DNA from: a virus
Virus record (IMG/VR): IMGVR_UViG_3300047095_000535
Location: 1-64,000 of that record
Direction: 5' to 3' (one strand)
DNA: 64,000 nucleotides
The position numbers were made by a program, and so were the translations under genes. Of this stretch, positions 41,227-49,511 are shown one piece after another (the stretch's first letter is position 1; each line of letters opens with the position of its first letter). The notes below the pieces were generated by a model, which made no database searches, had not been told where the DNA came from, and saw only the letters and a program-made list of their open reading frames with translations.

Positions 41227-42126
41227 ATGATATTTTCCACCTTATTAGAGAAGATTAGAAATCCTCTACGAAAGCAGGAGTTGGCGCGTACTGGCGGGAA
41301 CATAGATTACCGTAAAGTTAAAACGCCAACTGCGGACGACTGGAAGAATAAGGTTATTCAAGGGGAAGGTCTGAACGATGAGGAATCAATCATTAGAGCG
41401 AAATATACGGCTCTACATAAGGTGTTTCCAGATAGGGCGGAAAAATGGCTTGATAACCTAGCCTTTGATAAGGGTCTTGGAATACTAAGAACCAAGCTGG
41501 ACCCGTCTGTTCGAAAGCTTTATGAGAAGTATGGGGTTCAGGTTTTTGTGGATAAGTACGCGACTGGTAAGTACGCTCCAACCTCGTACGAGTATCGGGT
41601 ATTTATTTACGCATTTAATAACTTTCTAAGTTCAATAACTGGACTTCTCCCTAATAAAAAGCCAAAAATAATAATTACGAATAAATACCAAAATCCTTTA
41701 TTTAAGGCGTATACGAAGGATACCCCAATTGCGTTATATTATGATAGGATGATATACGTGGATGAATACGCGGCGGAAGATCCCGAATCCTATATACATG
41801 AGTACGCGCATTACCTTGCGGACCTGATTCCCAAGCAATCCGAACCTATGCTGGAGAAAGCGTACAATGATATGCTTGACTTTTACTGGAGACGTGCTAA
41901 AAAGAAGAGGTATGACGTATCGGCCAAACTAAGATCCAAGGAAGAGGAAGCGATTGCCGATAAATGGAGAAAGAGGATTTCCACTAAACTAGGAATCCCT
42001 GAGTATGGACTGACCAACAAGGACGAGTTTTTTGCGGTTCTGATTCAAAAATGGAATACGCTGCCCAACAATATGGCAACCTATCGGTATAAACAAACTG
42101 TGAAAACGTTACTTTCAAGACTCTAA
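41227..42126 (+). CDS. Zincin metallopeptidase (HEXXH, lethal-factor-like)
   Basis: IHEYAHY plus downstream YGLTNKDEFFA; TAAATA 5 nt upstream. Confidence 0.7.
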   Translation: MIFSTLLEKIRNPLRKQELARTGGNIDYRKVKTPTADDWKNKVIQGEGLNDEESIIRAKYTALHKVFPDRAEKWLDNLAFDKGLGILRTKLDPSVRKLYEKYGVQVFVDKYATGKYAPTSYEYRVFIYAFNNFLSSITGLLPNKKPKIIITNKYQNPLFKAYTKDTPIALYYDRMIYVDEYAAEDPESYIHEYAHYLADLIPKQSEPMLEKAYNDMLDFYWRRAKKKRYDVSAKLRSKEEEAIADKWRKRISTKLGIPEYGLTNKDEFFAVLIQKWNTLPNNMATYRYKQTVKTLLSRL

Positions 42127-42149
42127 TCCAGACAAAATGAAACAAAACA

Positions 42150-42344
42150 ATGAATAAGGTGCTATATGAAGGCAATATAGGAAGCTACAGCTTCATCATG
42201 ACTAGCGAAGACGTGATCGATGTATGGAACGATGTAAGTAATGAACGACCAGACTCTTTTATCTTCATAAAAGAGGGATGTATCAAGAACCAGAAGGATT
42301 TTGATATGGAGATTAGTTATTGGTTCTTGAAAAACGTAGGATAA
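42150..42344 (+). CDS. Hypothetical protein
   Basis: 64-aa ORF in the co-oriented run. Confidence 0.5.
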   Translation: MNKVLYEGNIGSYSFIMTSEDVIDVWNDVSNERPDSFIFIKEGCIKNQKDFDMEISYWFLKNVG

Positions 42345-42348
42345 AAAT

Positions 42349-42747
42349 ATGAGAGTTATAAACAAACAAGTTAGTGATACATGTAAATGTCGCCATTGTC
42401 ATGTAGGAGATTTTACATTAGACCCGGAGCTACAGGAATATTTTGATTCCATTCCGTCCTTTACGGACGAAGATCTTGTAGATTTCTTAGAGGCGATGCG
42501 AAGCATACATGAAAAAGACGTCAAGTCTGAACAAGAAACCTTAATCGAGGAAGCCAAAGAAACCATAGAGTATACGCAGGGGTTGATAGATAACTTCTAT
42601 GATAGCGTGATCGTCGATCTTAAACTTAAGGATGGGGGAGAAGATTGGGTATTTGATTACCTATTCAATAATTCCGAGGGAGAGACTTTCGAAGAATACT
42701 TGGCCCGACACGGACGCCTCGTAAACGATGTATTGGAGGATTCATGA
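42349..42747 (+). CDS. Acidic hypothetical protein
   Basis: 132-aa ORF. Confidence 0.55.
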   Translation: MRVINKQVSDTCKCRHCHVGDFTLDPELQEYFDSIPSFTDEDLVDFLEAMRSIHEKDVKSEQETLIEEAKETIEYTQGLIDNFYDSVIVDLKLKDGGEDWVFDYLFNNSEGETFEEYLARHGRLVNDVLEDS

Positions 42748-43217
42748 GTAAGGATATCACGTTACCTTCGGAATTGATTGAACATGACCTGACTCCATCG
42801 GAGATAGGATCTATTTTTATACTGTTTTCGTTAGTTGATACTAACGAGTACTCTCCGGAAGTAGTAACTGATTGGGCGTCTAATAGGGATTTTTTAGAAG
42901 CGATTCAAAGTATAAGCCGTAAGGGTATTTTAGAATACGGTGACGACGGTAAATGGACCATAGACTTGACCCGACAAGAAGTTTTTTGGGAAAAGGGTAC
43001 GGATAGTCTTACAGGCAATACCATTTATAAACATGAACGTTATATAGCGTTACCTTACTTATGGAAGGATTCTATACGCTGGATGTTGATGGATGATATT
43101 CATGTGAATAGTCCAAGCAACAGGTTATTTGAAACATTGGAGCTGGCTAGAGAGGAAATAGAACGTAATGAGCGAATGGAAAGGGAAACAAAGCTGGGTT
43201 CGTCCGAGGGATCATAG
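42744..43217 (+). CDS. Hypothetical protein
   Basis: 157-aa ORF with ATGA overlap. Confidence 0.5.
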   Translation: MSKDITLPSELIEHDLTPSEIGSIFILFSLVDTNEYSPEVVTDWASNRDFLEAIQSISRKGILEYGDDGKWTIDLTRQEVFWEKGTDSLTGNTIYKHERYIALPYLWKDSIRWMLMDDIHVNSPSNRLFETLELAREEIERNERMERETKLGSSEGS

Positions 43218-43710
43218 AAAGTATTGGGAAAGGTACGATAACATCGATTTTACAAAGGGTAAAAAACCACCAGACCTTCCAATACCCCCTAAACAAAAAT
43301 ACGAGTCAAAACCATCCTCAACAGGGGGTTTTCTGTTTTTAGACGATGTTAGGATGCCTTCAAGTGCGTACGCATATTCTCATAACCAGTATCTCCTCGC
43401 TGCGAGCGGGATTCCATACGGAAGTTGGGATATCGTACGGTCATACGAAGAGTTCGTGAAATACATCGAGGAAAAAGGTATTCCTGCCGTGGTGTCGTTC
43501 GATAACGACTTGTACCACAACGGAAATCCCTCTTGTACGGAGAGAGTGAAATCCGGTTGTGACTGTGCGCGGTACTTGGTGGAACGGTGCAAGGAGCTTC
43601 AGCGGGAAATCCCGGTGTACTATATCCATTCGGCCAATCAACAAGCCCGTCTGGTAATTGAGAGAACGATGGAAATCGGACGAAAGCAGATAAACACTAG
43701 GACATCATAG
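43168..43710 (+). CDS. Cyclic-phosphate-processing receiver-domain protein
   Basis: LFLDDVRMP...IVRSYEEF...VVSFDNDL...KSGCDCARYL...IHSAN motif series. Confidence 0.75.
   Translation: MSEWKGKQSWVRPRDHRKYWERYDNIDFTKGKKPPDLPIPPKQKYESKPSSTGGFLFLDDVRMPSSAYAYSHNQYLLAASGIPYGSWDIVRSYEEFVKYIEEKGIPAVVSFDNDLYHNGNPSCTERVKSGCDCARYLVERCKELQREIPVYYIHSANQQARLVIERTMEIGRKQINTRTS
43691..43708 (+). promoter_or_regulatory. TAAACACTAG-box promoter
   Basis: TAAACACTAG-GA-CATCAT, GTG 6 nt later (43715). Confidence 0.75.
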
Positions 43711-43714
43711 CGGC

Positions 43715-44443
43715 GTGACTTACAACTTTAGAAAAAATGAAATTATCCTGCTTGGGGATACACACTCTTTGGAGATCACGCGGGATATCTTAAAAACCCG
43801 TGAGGTAATAGAGGGCAGCGATATCTGGCATTGTGGGGATACGGCGTTGGGGTTTGGCGATATAGCTTATTCTATAAACAATGCCCTTACTTGGCTGGGA
43901 ATGTATAACCAGATATGTAAGGATTTGGATATCCGACTGTATATCAATCACGGAAATCACGACGCTACATATCCTGAGATTTGGGATTCCATATGGTGTA
44001 ATGTAACCATGGTCAAGACCGGAGACGTTGCGACATTCCCCAATGGAAAGACCGCACTTCTAGTAGGTGGTGGAATCAGCGTGGATAGGGTTACTCGAAA
44101 AAACAATTTTGATTATTGGGCGGGTGAAGCCACTCCGATTCTTGAGGACGTTCCGAAGTGTGATATTGTGTTCTCTCATGATTGTCCTGAGAAGTTCAAT
44201 CACCCCACGGCGACCTTACCCAATCATTATGGATGGTATGTGGATAGAGATCCTACCTTAATGGCGGATTGTGCTAATCAGCGCAAAACCATGACTGATA
44301 TTGTGGATAGGTCTGAAGCGAAGACTTTGTTCTACGGACATTTTCACAATTCAATGACTCAGAAGATTGACGGGGTTTATGCGCGTTGTTTGGATATCAA
44401 CGAATTGTTCTTTTTTGACGCGGAGAAGGAGTACACGGTATGA
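43715..44443 (+). CDS. Calcineurin-like metallophosphoesterase
   Basis: GDTH, CGD, GNHD, GGISVD, SHDCP and GHFH motifs. Confidence 0.88.
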   Translation: MTYNFRKNEIILLGDTHSLEITRDILKTREVIEGSDIWHCGDTALGFGDIAYSINNALTWLGMYNQICKDLDIRLYINHGNHDATYPEIWDSIWCNVTMVKTGDVATFPNGKTALLVGGGISVDRVTRKNNFDYWAGEATPILEDVPKCDIVFSHDCPEKFNHPTATLPNHYGWYVDRDPTLMADCANQRKTMTDIVDRSEAKTLFYGHFHNSMTQKIDGVYARCLDINELFFFDAEKEYTV

Positions 44444-45003
44444 GTGAAAGGTTTTTATTCTTAGATCTTGACGAGACTCTGATTTCCACTTTATATGCCA
44501 ATAACGAGTATCATGCGGATCAGTTGTTGGAGATATATACCCAACATTGGAAAGGGGAGAAATATACCCTGTCTGATGGGTGGTATGTGTCTTTCTTACG
44601 GGAATGGTCGAAGGACTTGATAGCTTATTATCAGGCGATACTAGGACACAAGAACGTTGGCATTTTATCATGGGGAACAGTGGAGTATATTACGTATGTA
44701 AATCAACTAATGGAGTTGAATGTAGCAGGATATAATATATATGGCCGGGAAGACATGGGGGCGAACGTTCCCAAGTTAAAAGGTCTTAACAAGGTTCTGG
44801 TGGATAACGAGGATTATAACCATCACCTTAAAATGGGGTATCCATACACGAAGATAAACTTTTTAGAAGAGTTGCCAGCAAACAAATTGGTTACGGTTCG
44901 GTCGTTTGACGTACGGTACTCCTATGGGGATTTGTGGGATACGGAGTTTGAAGATTTAACGGTCCAGATTGATCTTGCGTTTAGGGCGGGCCAACCAGAG
45001 TAA
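44440..45003 (+). CDS. HAD-superfamily phosphatase (FCP1/NIF-like)
   Basis: FLDLDETLI motif I; VLVDN motif IV. Confidence 0.75.
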   Translation: MSERFLFLDLDETLISTLYANNEYHADQLLEIYTQHWKGEKYTLSDGWYVSFLREWSKDLIAYYQAILGHKNVGILSWGTVEYITYVNQLMELNVAGYNIYGREDMGANVPKLKGLNKVLVDNEDYNHHLKMGYPYTKINFLEELPANKLVTVRSFDVRYSYGDLWDTEFEDLTVQIDLAFRAGQPE

Positions 45004-45019
45004 AACACTAGGAGATAAT
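45002..45019 (+). promoter_or_regulatory. TAAACACTAG-box promoter
   Basis: AAAACACTAG-GA-GATAAT, ATG 6 nt later (45026). Confidence 0.7.
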
Positions 45020-45025
45020 AAAAAC

Positions 45026-45904
45026 ATGAAAGCATATAAGGCAACTATAAATATGAAATGCTGGGAGCTTACTTATGAGGTAGGCAAGACGTATTCGATA
45101 ACCCGTATGGAAATGTGTGACCACGGGTTTCACTTCTGTCCGGTAGTGAGGGACGTTTTCAACTACTATCTATATACCAAGGATATTGTGGTGATAGAAA
45201 TTGAGATTCTTGGTAGTGTGGCCATCCTTGGAGATAAGGGGGTCACGGATAAGATGAAGGTTCTACGAGTCGTTCCAAAGGAAGAATATGGGGCGGAAGC
45301 ACCTACTCTTGTATATGATGAGAGAGGAAACGTGGTTTCTGAAAATATTCGTGTTTGCTCGAAGTTTGAAAACGGGTTGTATACGTATGAATATGACGAG
45401 CGTAACAATATGACTCGTAAAACTCTTCCCAACGGTGTTGAATGGGTGTACGAGTATGATGAGGGAAACCGCATGACCAGACAGACTTGTTCGAATCGTG
45501 GTACTGAATGTGAGTACGCGTATAATGAGCGTGGCAACATGATTTCTAAGACCTCTAGCCATGGCACATTGACGTTTGAGTATGATGAGCGCAACAATCT
45601 AATCTCTGAATCATCTTCCGGGGGAAATGCTCCAACGACACATAAATATGATGAGCGTAACAACCGGATCTCGACAGACCGGAACGGTAGCTTTACTACT
45701 TGCGAGTATGACGAACGAGATAACAAGATTTCGGAAACAGATGGAAGTGGGCATAAGAGTGTGTTTGGTTATGATGATCAAAATCGACGCGTTTCTTCTA
45801 TATACGGTCCTTACGGTGATACATACCTCAATAGGTATGACGAAGCGGGCAATTTGGTGTTTTCATCCACTCCTAGATATCATTGGGCCATAACAATCGA
45901 GTAA
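45026..45904 (+). CDS. Conserved phage N-terminal domain fused to YD/RHS-like repeats
   Basis: MKAYKA...YEVGKTY...CDHGFHFC domain, then about 9 YxYDERNN repeats; start moved to 45026. Confidence 0.75.
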   Translation: MKAYKATINMKCWELTYEVGKTYSITRMEMCDHGFHFCPVVRDVFNYYLYTKDIVVIEIEILGSVAILGDKGVTDKMKVLRVVPKEEYGAEAPTLVYDERGNVVSENIRVCSKFENGLYTYEYDERNNMTRKTLPNGVEWVYEYDEGNRMTRQTCSNRGTECEYAYNERGNMISKTSSHGTLTFEYDERNNLISESSSGGNAPTTHKYDERNNRISTDRNGSFTTCEYDERDNKISETDGSGHKSVFGYDDQNRRVSSIYGPYGDTYLNRYDEAGNLVFSSTPRYHWAITIE

Positions 45905-45920
45905 AACACTAGGATATCAT
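45903..45920 (+). promoter_or_regulatory. TAAACACTAG-box promoter (upstream of rIIB, predicted leadered)
   Basis: AAAACACTAG-GA-TATCAT; no start codon at the predicted +1. Confidence 0.6.
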
Positions 45921-45931
45921 GGCGTCGTCAC

Positions 45932-45959
45932 TTGACAAATGGGATTTTAATAGTAGAAT
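45932..45959 (+). promoter_or_regulatory. Sigma70-type promoter TTGACA-N16-TAGAAT
   Basis: ATG of rIIB lies 8 nt after the -10 element. Confidence 0.7.
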
Positions 45960-45967
45960 AAGAAGGT

Positions 45968-46969
45968 ATGAAGTACATTACAAACACAGCAGCAATCGTG
46001 CTTTTTCTTGACGGGAAAAGCGTTCGGGTGGAAAAAACGGACAGACGTTATCCACTAATTGTCAAGGTTTTCCAACTTCCGTTGGAAGATCAAGAGGCGG
46101 AAGTCAATCGTATCCTTGGGATACCGGAGGATAAACTGGAAGATGTTATCGCGGATGAGGAACATTTCGATGTGGTAGACGGCAACGTGTATTACAATGG
46201 GGAGGAACTCCCGCCCGCACTTTCAACGAAAGTGAAGTCCATTATCAAGGATGGTCTCCCACTAGGACACTTTGAAGCGTTTTGGAAGAAACTGTCTCTT
46301 AACCCTAGTTCCACTTCCGTTAAGGAGTTGGTGGACTTTTTGGAGTATAAGGAACTCCCTATTACGGAAGACGGATGCTTCCTTGCTTACAAGGGCGTTT
46401 CCCCTACTCTTTATTCCATCCATGGAAACAAGGAAACTAAGGTTGTTAGAGGTCAGGTGGATGAAACCGGGCATATTTACAACGGAGTTGGTGAGATCGT
46501 GGAAGTTCTTCGTCGGGACGTCGATGACAATCGTCACAACGAATGTTCACACGGTCTCCATGTCGGTTCACTGGATTATGCTTCGGGATGGGGCCATATG
46601 ATGGTTGTCGTCAAGGTCAATCCTGCGGATGTTGTGTCGGTTCCTGCCGGCTGTTCATTCCAGAAGTGCCGCGTTTGTAAGTATGAAGTGGTTTCCGCGT
46701 ATGGACAGGAAATCACCGCATCCGTGGTTGACGAGAAGGGCGAATCCACGTTGGTTCCCGATGTTCAAAAGGAACGTTCCGCTACGGTGGATCGTATCGA
46801 GAAGTATCTCACTGGAAAACGCGAAGACGGGTATGATGAAGTCACTGTTCGTCAGATTCAGAATATTTTCTCCCCTAATTGGGTGACTCGCATGGAAGTG
46901 TTGGACGCTTTACAAGAGTTGGATGAGTATTGGGAGTCTTATGACGGAGCGGACTACGTGGAACTGTAA
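45968..46969 (+). CDS. rIIB: rIIB-like protector from prophage-induced early lysis
   Basis: FLEYKELPITEDGCFLAYKGV, RRDVDDNRHNECSHGLHVGSLDYA, VKVNPADVVSVP, KCRVCKYEVV. Confidence 0.85.
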   Translation: MKYITNTAAIVLFLDGKSVRVEKTDRRYPLIVKVFQLPLEDQEAEVNRILGIPEDKLEDVIADEEHFDVVDGNVYYNGEELPPALSTKVKSIIKDGLPLGHFEAFWKKLSLNPSSTSVKELVDFLEYKELPITEDGCFLAYKGVSPTLYSIHGNKETKVVRGQVDETGHIYNGVGEIVEVLRRDVDDNRHNECSHGLHVGSLDYASGWGHMMVVVKVNPADVVSVPAGCSFQKCRVCKYEVVSAYGQEITASVVDEKGESTLVPDVQKERSATVDRIEKYLTGKREDGYDEVTVRQIQNIFSPNWVTRMEVLDALQELDEYWESYDGADYVEL

Positions 46970-46990
46970 GTTCTAAGCGGACAAAACAAG

Positions 46991-47027
46991 GGGATGGGAG
47001 AGCGAAACATATCTCCCATCCCATTTT
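46991..47027 (+). terminator. Rho-independent terminator
   Basis: 11-bp stem GGGATGGGAGA/TCTCCCATCCC followed by ATTTT. Confidence 0.7.
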
Positions 47028-47075
47028 AAGAAAAAAAAATACTAGCTTGGTTTATCGAGCAATAAGATTTCACAT

Positions 47076-47093
47076 TAAACACTAGAATACTAT
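47076..47093 (+). promoter_or_regulatory. TAAACACTAG-box promoter
   Basis: TAAACACTAG-AA-TACTAT, ATG 6 nt later (47100). Confidence 0.75.
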
Positions 47094-47099
47094 AAACAT

Positions 47100-47426
47100 A
47101 TGGAAAACGTATTAAAACTATATATCAGAAACGAGAAGAATCAACCAAGAGGCGTCGTGGTGGCGGTAAAAGTCGGTGATCAGATGTGTTACGGATTTTC
47201 CCTTCTAAACACTCGTCTTGACAAGTGGGATAGGGTGAAAGGTACTGCGATTGCGATGGCGAGAGCAGCGGCGGCATCTTATAAACTGCCTGTTGTTCCG
47301 GAACGCGAAAAGATGGTTGTTGATGGTTTTAACAAGCTTCAGGATCGGGCCTTGAAATACTTCAAGGACATTCCACCGGAAAACATTCGCATCGATCTTA
47401 CGGTTGATGAAGAAGAGGAGTGGTAA
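47100..47426 (+). CDS. Hypothetical protein
   Basis: 108 aa; box promoter upstream. Confidence 0.65.
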   Translation: MENVLKLYIRNEKNQPRGVVVAVKVGDQMCYGFSLLNTRLDKWDRVKGTAIAMARAAAASYKLPVVPEREKMVVDGFNKLQDRALKYFKDIPPENIRIDLTVDEEEEW

Positions 47427-47435
47427 CAGTTTTAA

Positions 47436-47504
47436 TGCTCTCTGGAGTCCTGCATGTCGCGATCAGGATAGCCTGTCATGTGAGAACCATGCGGAGGGCA
47501 ACCA
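47436..47504 (+). ncRNA. tRNA-like small RNA (acceptor stem, T-arm, ACCA; no canonical D/anticodon arms)
   Basis: TGCTCTCT/GGAGGGCA stem followed by ACCA; CATG-TGAGAAC-CATG T-arm-like hairpin; intergenic. Confidence 0.5.
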
Positions 47505-47558
47505 ATTTCGTCCATCAAAGGCGGGTTATTCCCATCCTGTCAATATAATAGGAATACC

Positions 47559-47783
47559 GTGAATAAAATAAACGGTCCCTTTAGACGATTTGATTTTATG
47601 AATAAAAGCGACTGGAATAAATACCAAGTCACCAATGTCAGTTTTGGTACGAAACTCGTATCCGAGCTGACATTGGCGCAGGCGAAAACAGAACTTTGTA
47701 TTGCCATAGACATGATCGAACAGATGGTCGAACATAATAAAAAAGCAATGCAGGTAGTTACAAAACAATACGACAATGATTGA
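47559..47783 (+). CDS. Hypothetical protein
   Basis: 74-aa ORF. Confidence 0.45.
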   Translation: MNKINGPFRRFDFMNKSDWNKYQVTNVSFGTKLVSELTLAQAKTELCIAIDMIEQMVEHNKKAMQVVTKQYDND

Positions 47784-47946
47784 CATAGAAGCAGGAGTTG
47801 ATAAGGACGGAAATCGATTTGTACAGGTGTTACAAGATAGATGGTTACAGTTTATTCGGGAGCAACCTTTAACAGCCGAAAGATATCAGCTTTGGGAAAA
47901 GTTGAAAGCGGATTATCTTGATGGACGGGAGGATTCCAATGACTAA
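47776..47946 (+). CDS. Small hypothetical protein (56 aa)
   Basis: Below the ORF-track cutoff; MIDIEAGVDKDGNRFVQV...; fills the gap between neighbours. Confidence 0.45.
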   Translation: MIDIEAGVDKDGNRFVQVLQDRWLQFIREQPLTAERYQLWEKLKADYLDGREDSND

Positions 47947-48337
47947 TAGACTACCCAAACTAACGGGGCGGGAAATGCGGAAGTTTGATTTTTTCGGATG
48001 GTTTATGTGCGCGGTTGGAGGTCTTCTACTCTATGTTTATACGAAACATGCCATGGAGTTCGACTCCCATTCGTGGTGGGGAGTGGTTCTTGTCTTATGG
48101 GTCTTTTATGACTATGTGACACGGGTAGCCTTCGGACGAGTCTACCAGTTCGTGTTTTTTGACACTATTCTGCGGAAGTTGTACAAGATACAGTCGTCTT
48201 CAGATATGTATTACGTATGTGCCGAGAATGAAGAGGAGTTGGCCTTATACATGCACCTTCATTACCCGAATGTCAAGTATACGATTGAAGAGGAATCACA
48301 CGTCGAGTCGTTTATCAGAACGGACGAACATCAATAA
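47939..48337 (+). CDS. Predicted membrane protein
   Basis: Two hydrophobic segments near the N-terminus. Confidence 0.55.
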   Translation: MTNRLPKLTGREMRKFDFFGWFMCAVGGLLLYVYTKHAMEFDSHSWWGVVLVLWVFYDYVTRVAFGRVYQFVFFDTILRKLYKIQSSSDMYYVCAENEEELALYMHLHYPNVKYTIEEESHVESFIRTDEHQ

Positions 48338-48352
48338 ACACTAGCGGATAAT
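48335..48352 (+). promoter_or_regulatory. TAAACACTAG-box promoter
   Basis: TAAACACTAG-CG-GATAAT, ATG 6 nt later (48359). Confidence 0.75.
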
Positions 48353-48358
48353 ACTCAC

Positions 48359-48859
48359 ATGTTACTGAAATACACAGACGGGGATTTGTTGGATATGCTG
48401 GATGAGGGAAGGGTAAACTATGTCCTTCATTGTTGCAATTGTCAGGCTATAATGGGGTCTGGAATTGCGGTTCAGATCAAGAATCGATATCCAGCGGTCT
48501 ATCAGGCTTATTTAAATCATCACGATCTCATGGGTCTTGAATTGGGTACGGTATCATACGGTAAAATAGGGGATATCGCAAGTATGATGAGGCGTTATAT
48601 TTTTAACTTACACGCACAACATTTATTTGGAACCGGGGATCGGTTTGTCGATTACGAGGCATTGTATAAATCGATGGAGCGGGCTAGGGATATTATCGTT
48701 AGTAATATCGGGGGAGTTGGCACTGTAGGAGTGCCGTATAATATGGCGGCGTTTAGAGCGGGGGGAGATTTTCGCATCGTCGAGACTATGTTGGAAGTAA
48801 TTTTTGAGAATACCAGTTTGGATGTAATGATAGTAAAATACAACGGAAAAAACGTATGA
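48359..48859 (+). CDS. Macro-domain protein (ADP-ribose/Appr-1''-p processing)
   Basis: GDLL, HCCNCQAIMGSGIAVQIKNRYP, FNLHAQ, and PYNMAAFRAGGDF variant of the GIxGG loop. Confidence 0.85.
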   Translation: MLLKYTDGDLLDMLDEGRVNYVLHCCNCQAIMGSGIAVQIKNRYPAVYQAYLNHHDLMGLELGTVSYGKIGDIASMMRRYIFNLHAQHLFGTGDRFVDYEALYKSMERARDIIVSNIGGVGTVGVPYNMAAFRAGGDFRIVETMLEVIFENTSLDVMIVKYNGKNV

Positions 48860-49491
48860 AAAAGACAGCAGTAAAGAAAACAGTGGCGAAAAAAACAGCG
48901 AAGAAAGTGGCGACCAAAACCTCTCCTAAAGACCCAAGAAAGGAAGCAGTGCGGGCGTTTTACAACTTCTTCAAGAAGTATGACCAAGCGGAATTATCTA
49001 CCAAGGTGATTCCAGTTGACGGGGTGGTGATCAATGCGACTTACCAAATATGTATATATGAGGACTATATGGATATCGATTGGTGTTCGTATGACGACGA
49101 AACCGTATCCCCTACGGTTAGAAAATTCATGGACGTGATGAACATGGAAAATTGGGAGTGCTGGTTCGACGATAACGTGGACTCGTCTTCTTTGGATGAG
49201 TATTCCAAGGAAGTCGATGCTATCTGTAACGAGTATAGAACCTTGATCAATGCTCTTATAAAACATGGGTTCTCCGTCGAAGGGGTGTTGGATATTTTCG
49301 AAACCGTCGATAACTTCGAGACTGCTTACAAGCAATGCTCGTCTAATAACGTGCGGACCATTTACCTGAACTCTTCGTATAGTGCGGAAGTTCGTGAAGG
49401 GTTCGGCTACGTCAAGGTCGGGTGTCAGAAAATTGACATCGACTCAGTGAGAGGCATTCTCGCCGCGTATGACGAGCTTAATCCTCAATAA
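48856..49491 (+). CDS. Hypothetical protein with histone H1-like K/A-rich N-terminal tail
   Basis: MKKTAVKKTVAKKTAKKVATK followed by an acidic domain. Confidence 0.6.
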   Translation: MKKTAVKKTVAKKTAKKVATKTSPKDPRKEAVRAFYNFFKKYDQAELSTKVIPVDGVVINATYQICIYEDYMDIDWCSYDDETVSPTVRKFMDVMNMENWECWFDDNVDSSSLDEYSKEVDAICNEYRTLINALIKHGFSVEGVLDIFETVDNFETAYKQCSSNNVRTIYLNSSYSAEVREGFGYVKVGCQKIDIDSVRGILAAYDELNPQ

Positions 49492-49506
49492 ACACTAGGA
49501 TACCAT
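49489..49506 (+). promoter_or_regulatory. TAAACACTAG-box promoter
   Basis: TAAACACTAG-GA-TACCAT, ATG 5 nt later (49512). Confidence 0.75.
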
Positions 49507-49511
49507 AAGGT

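Noticed and set aside
47206-47215. TAAACACTCG partial box inside 47100..47426
   Set aside because: It is mismatched and intragenic, and lacks the invariant A of the -10 hexamer.
47436-47504. Canonical tRNA gene call
   Set aside because: It is too short and has no D-arm or 7-nt anticodon loop, so it is reported only as tRNA-like. No canonical tRNA was recognised elsewhere in the window.
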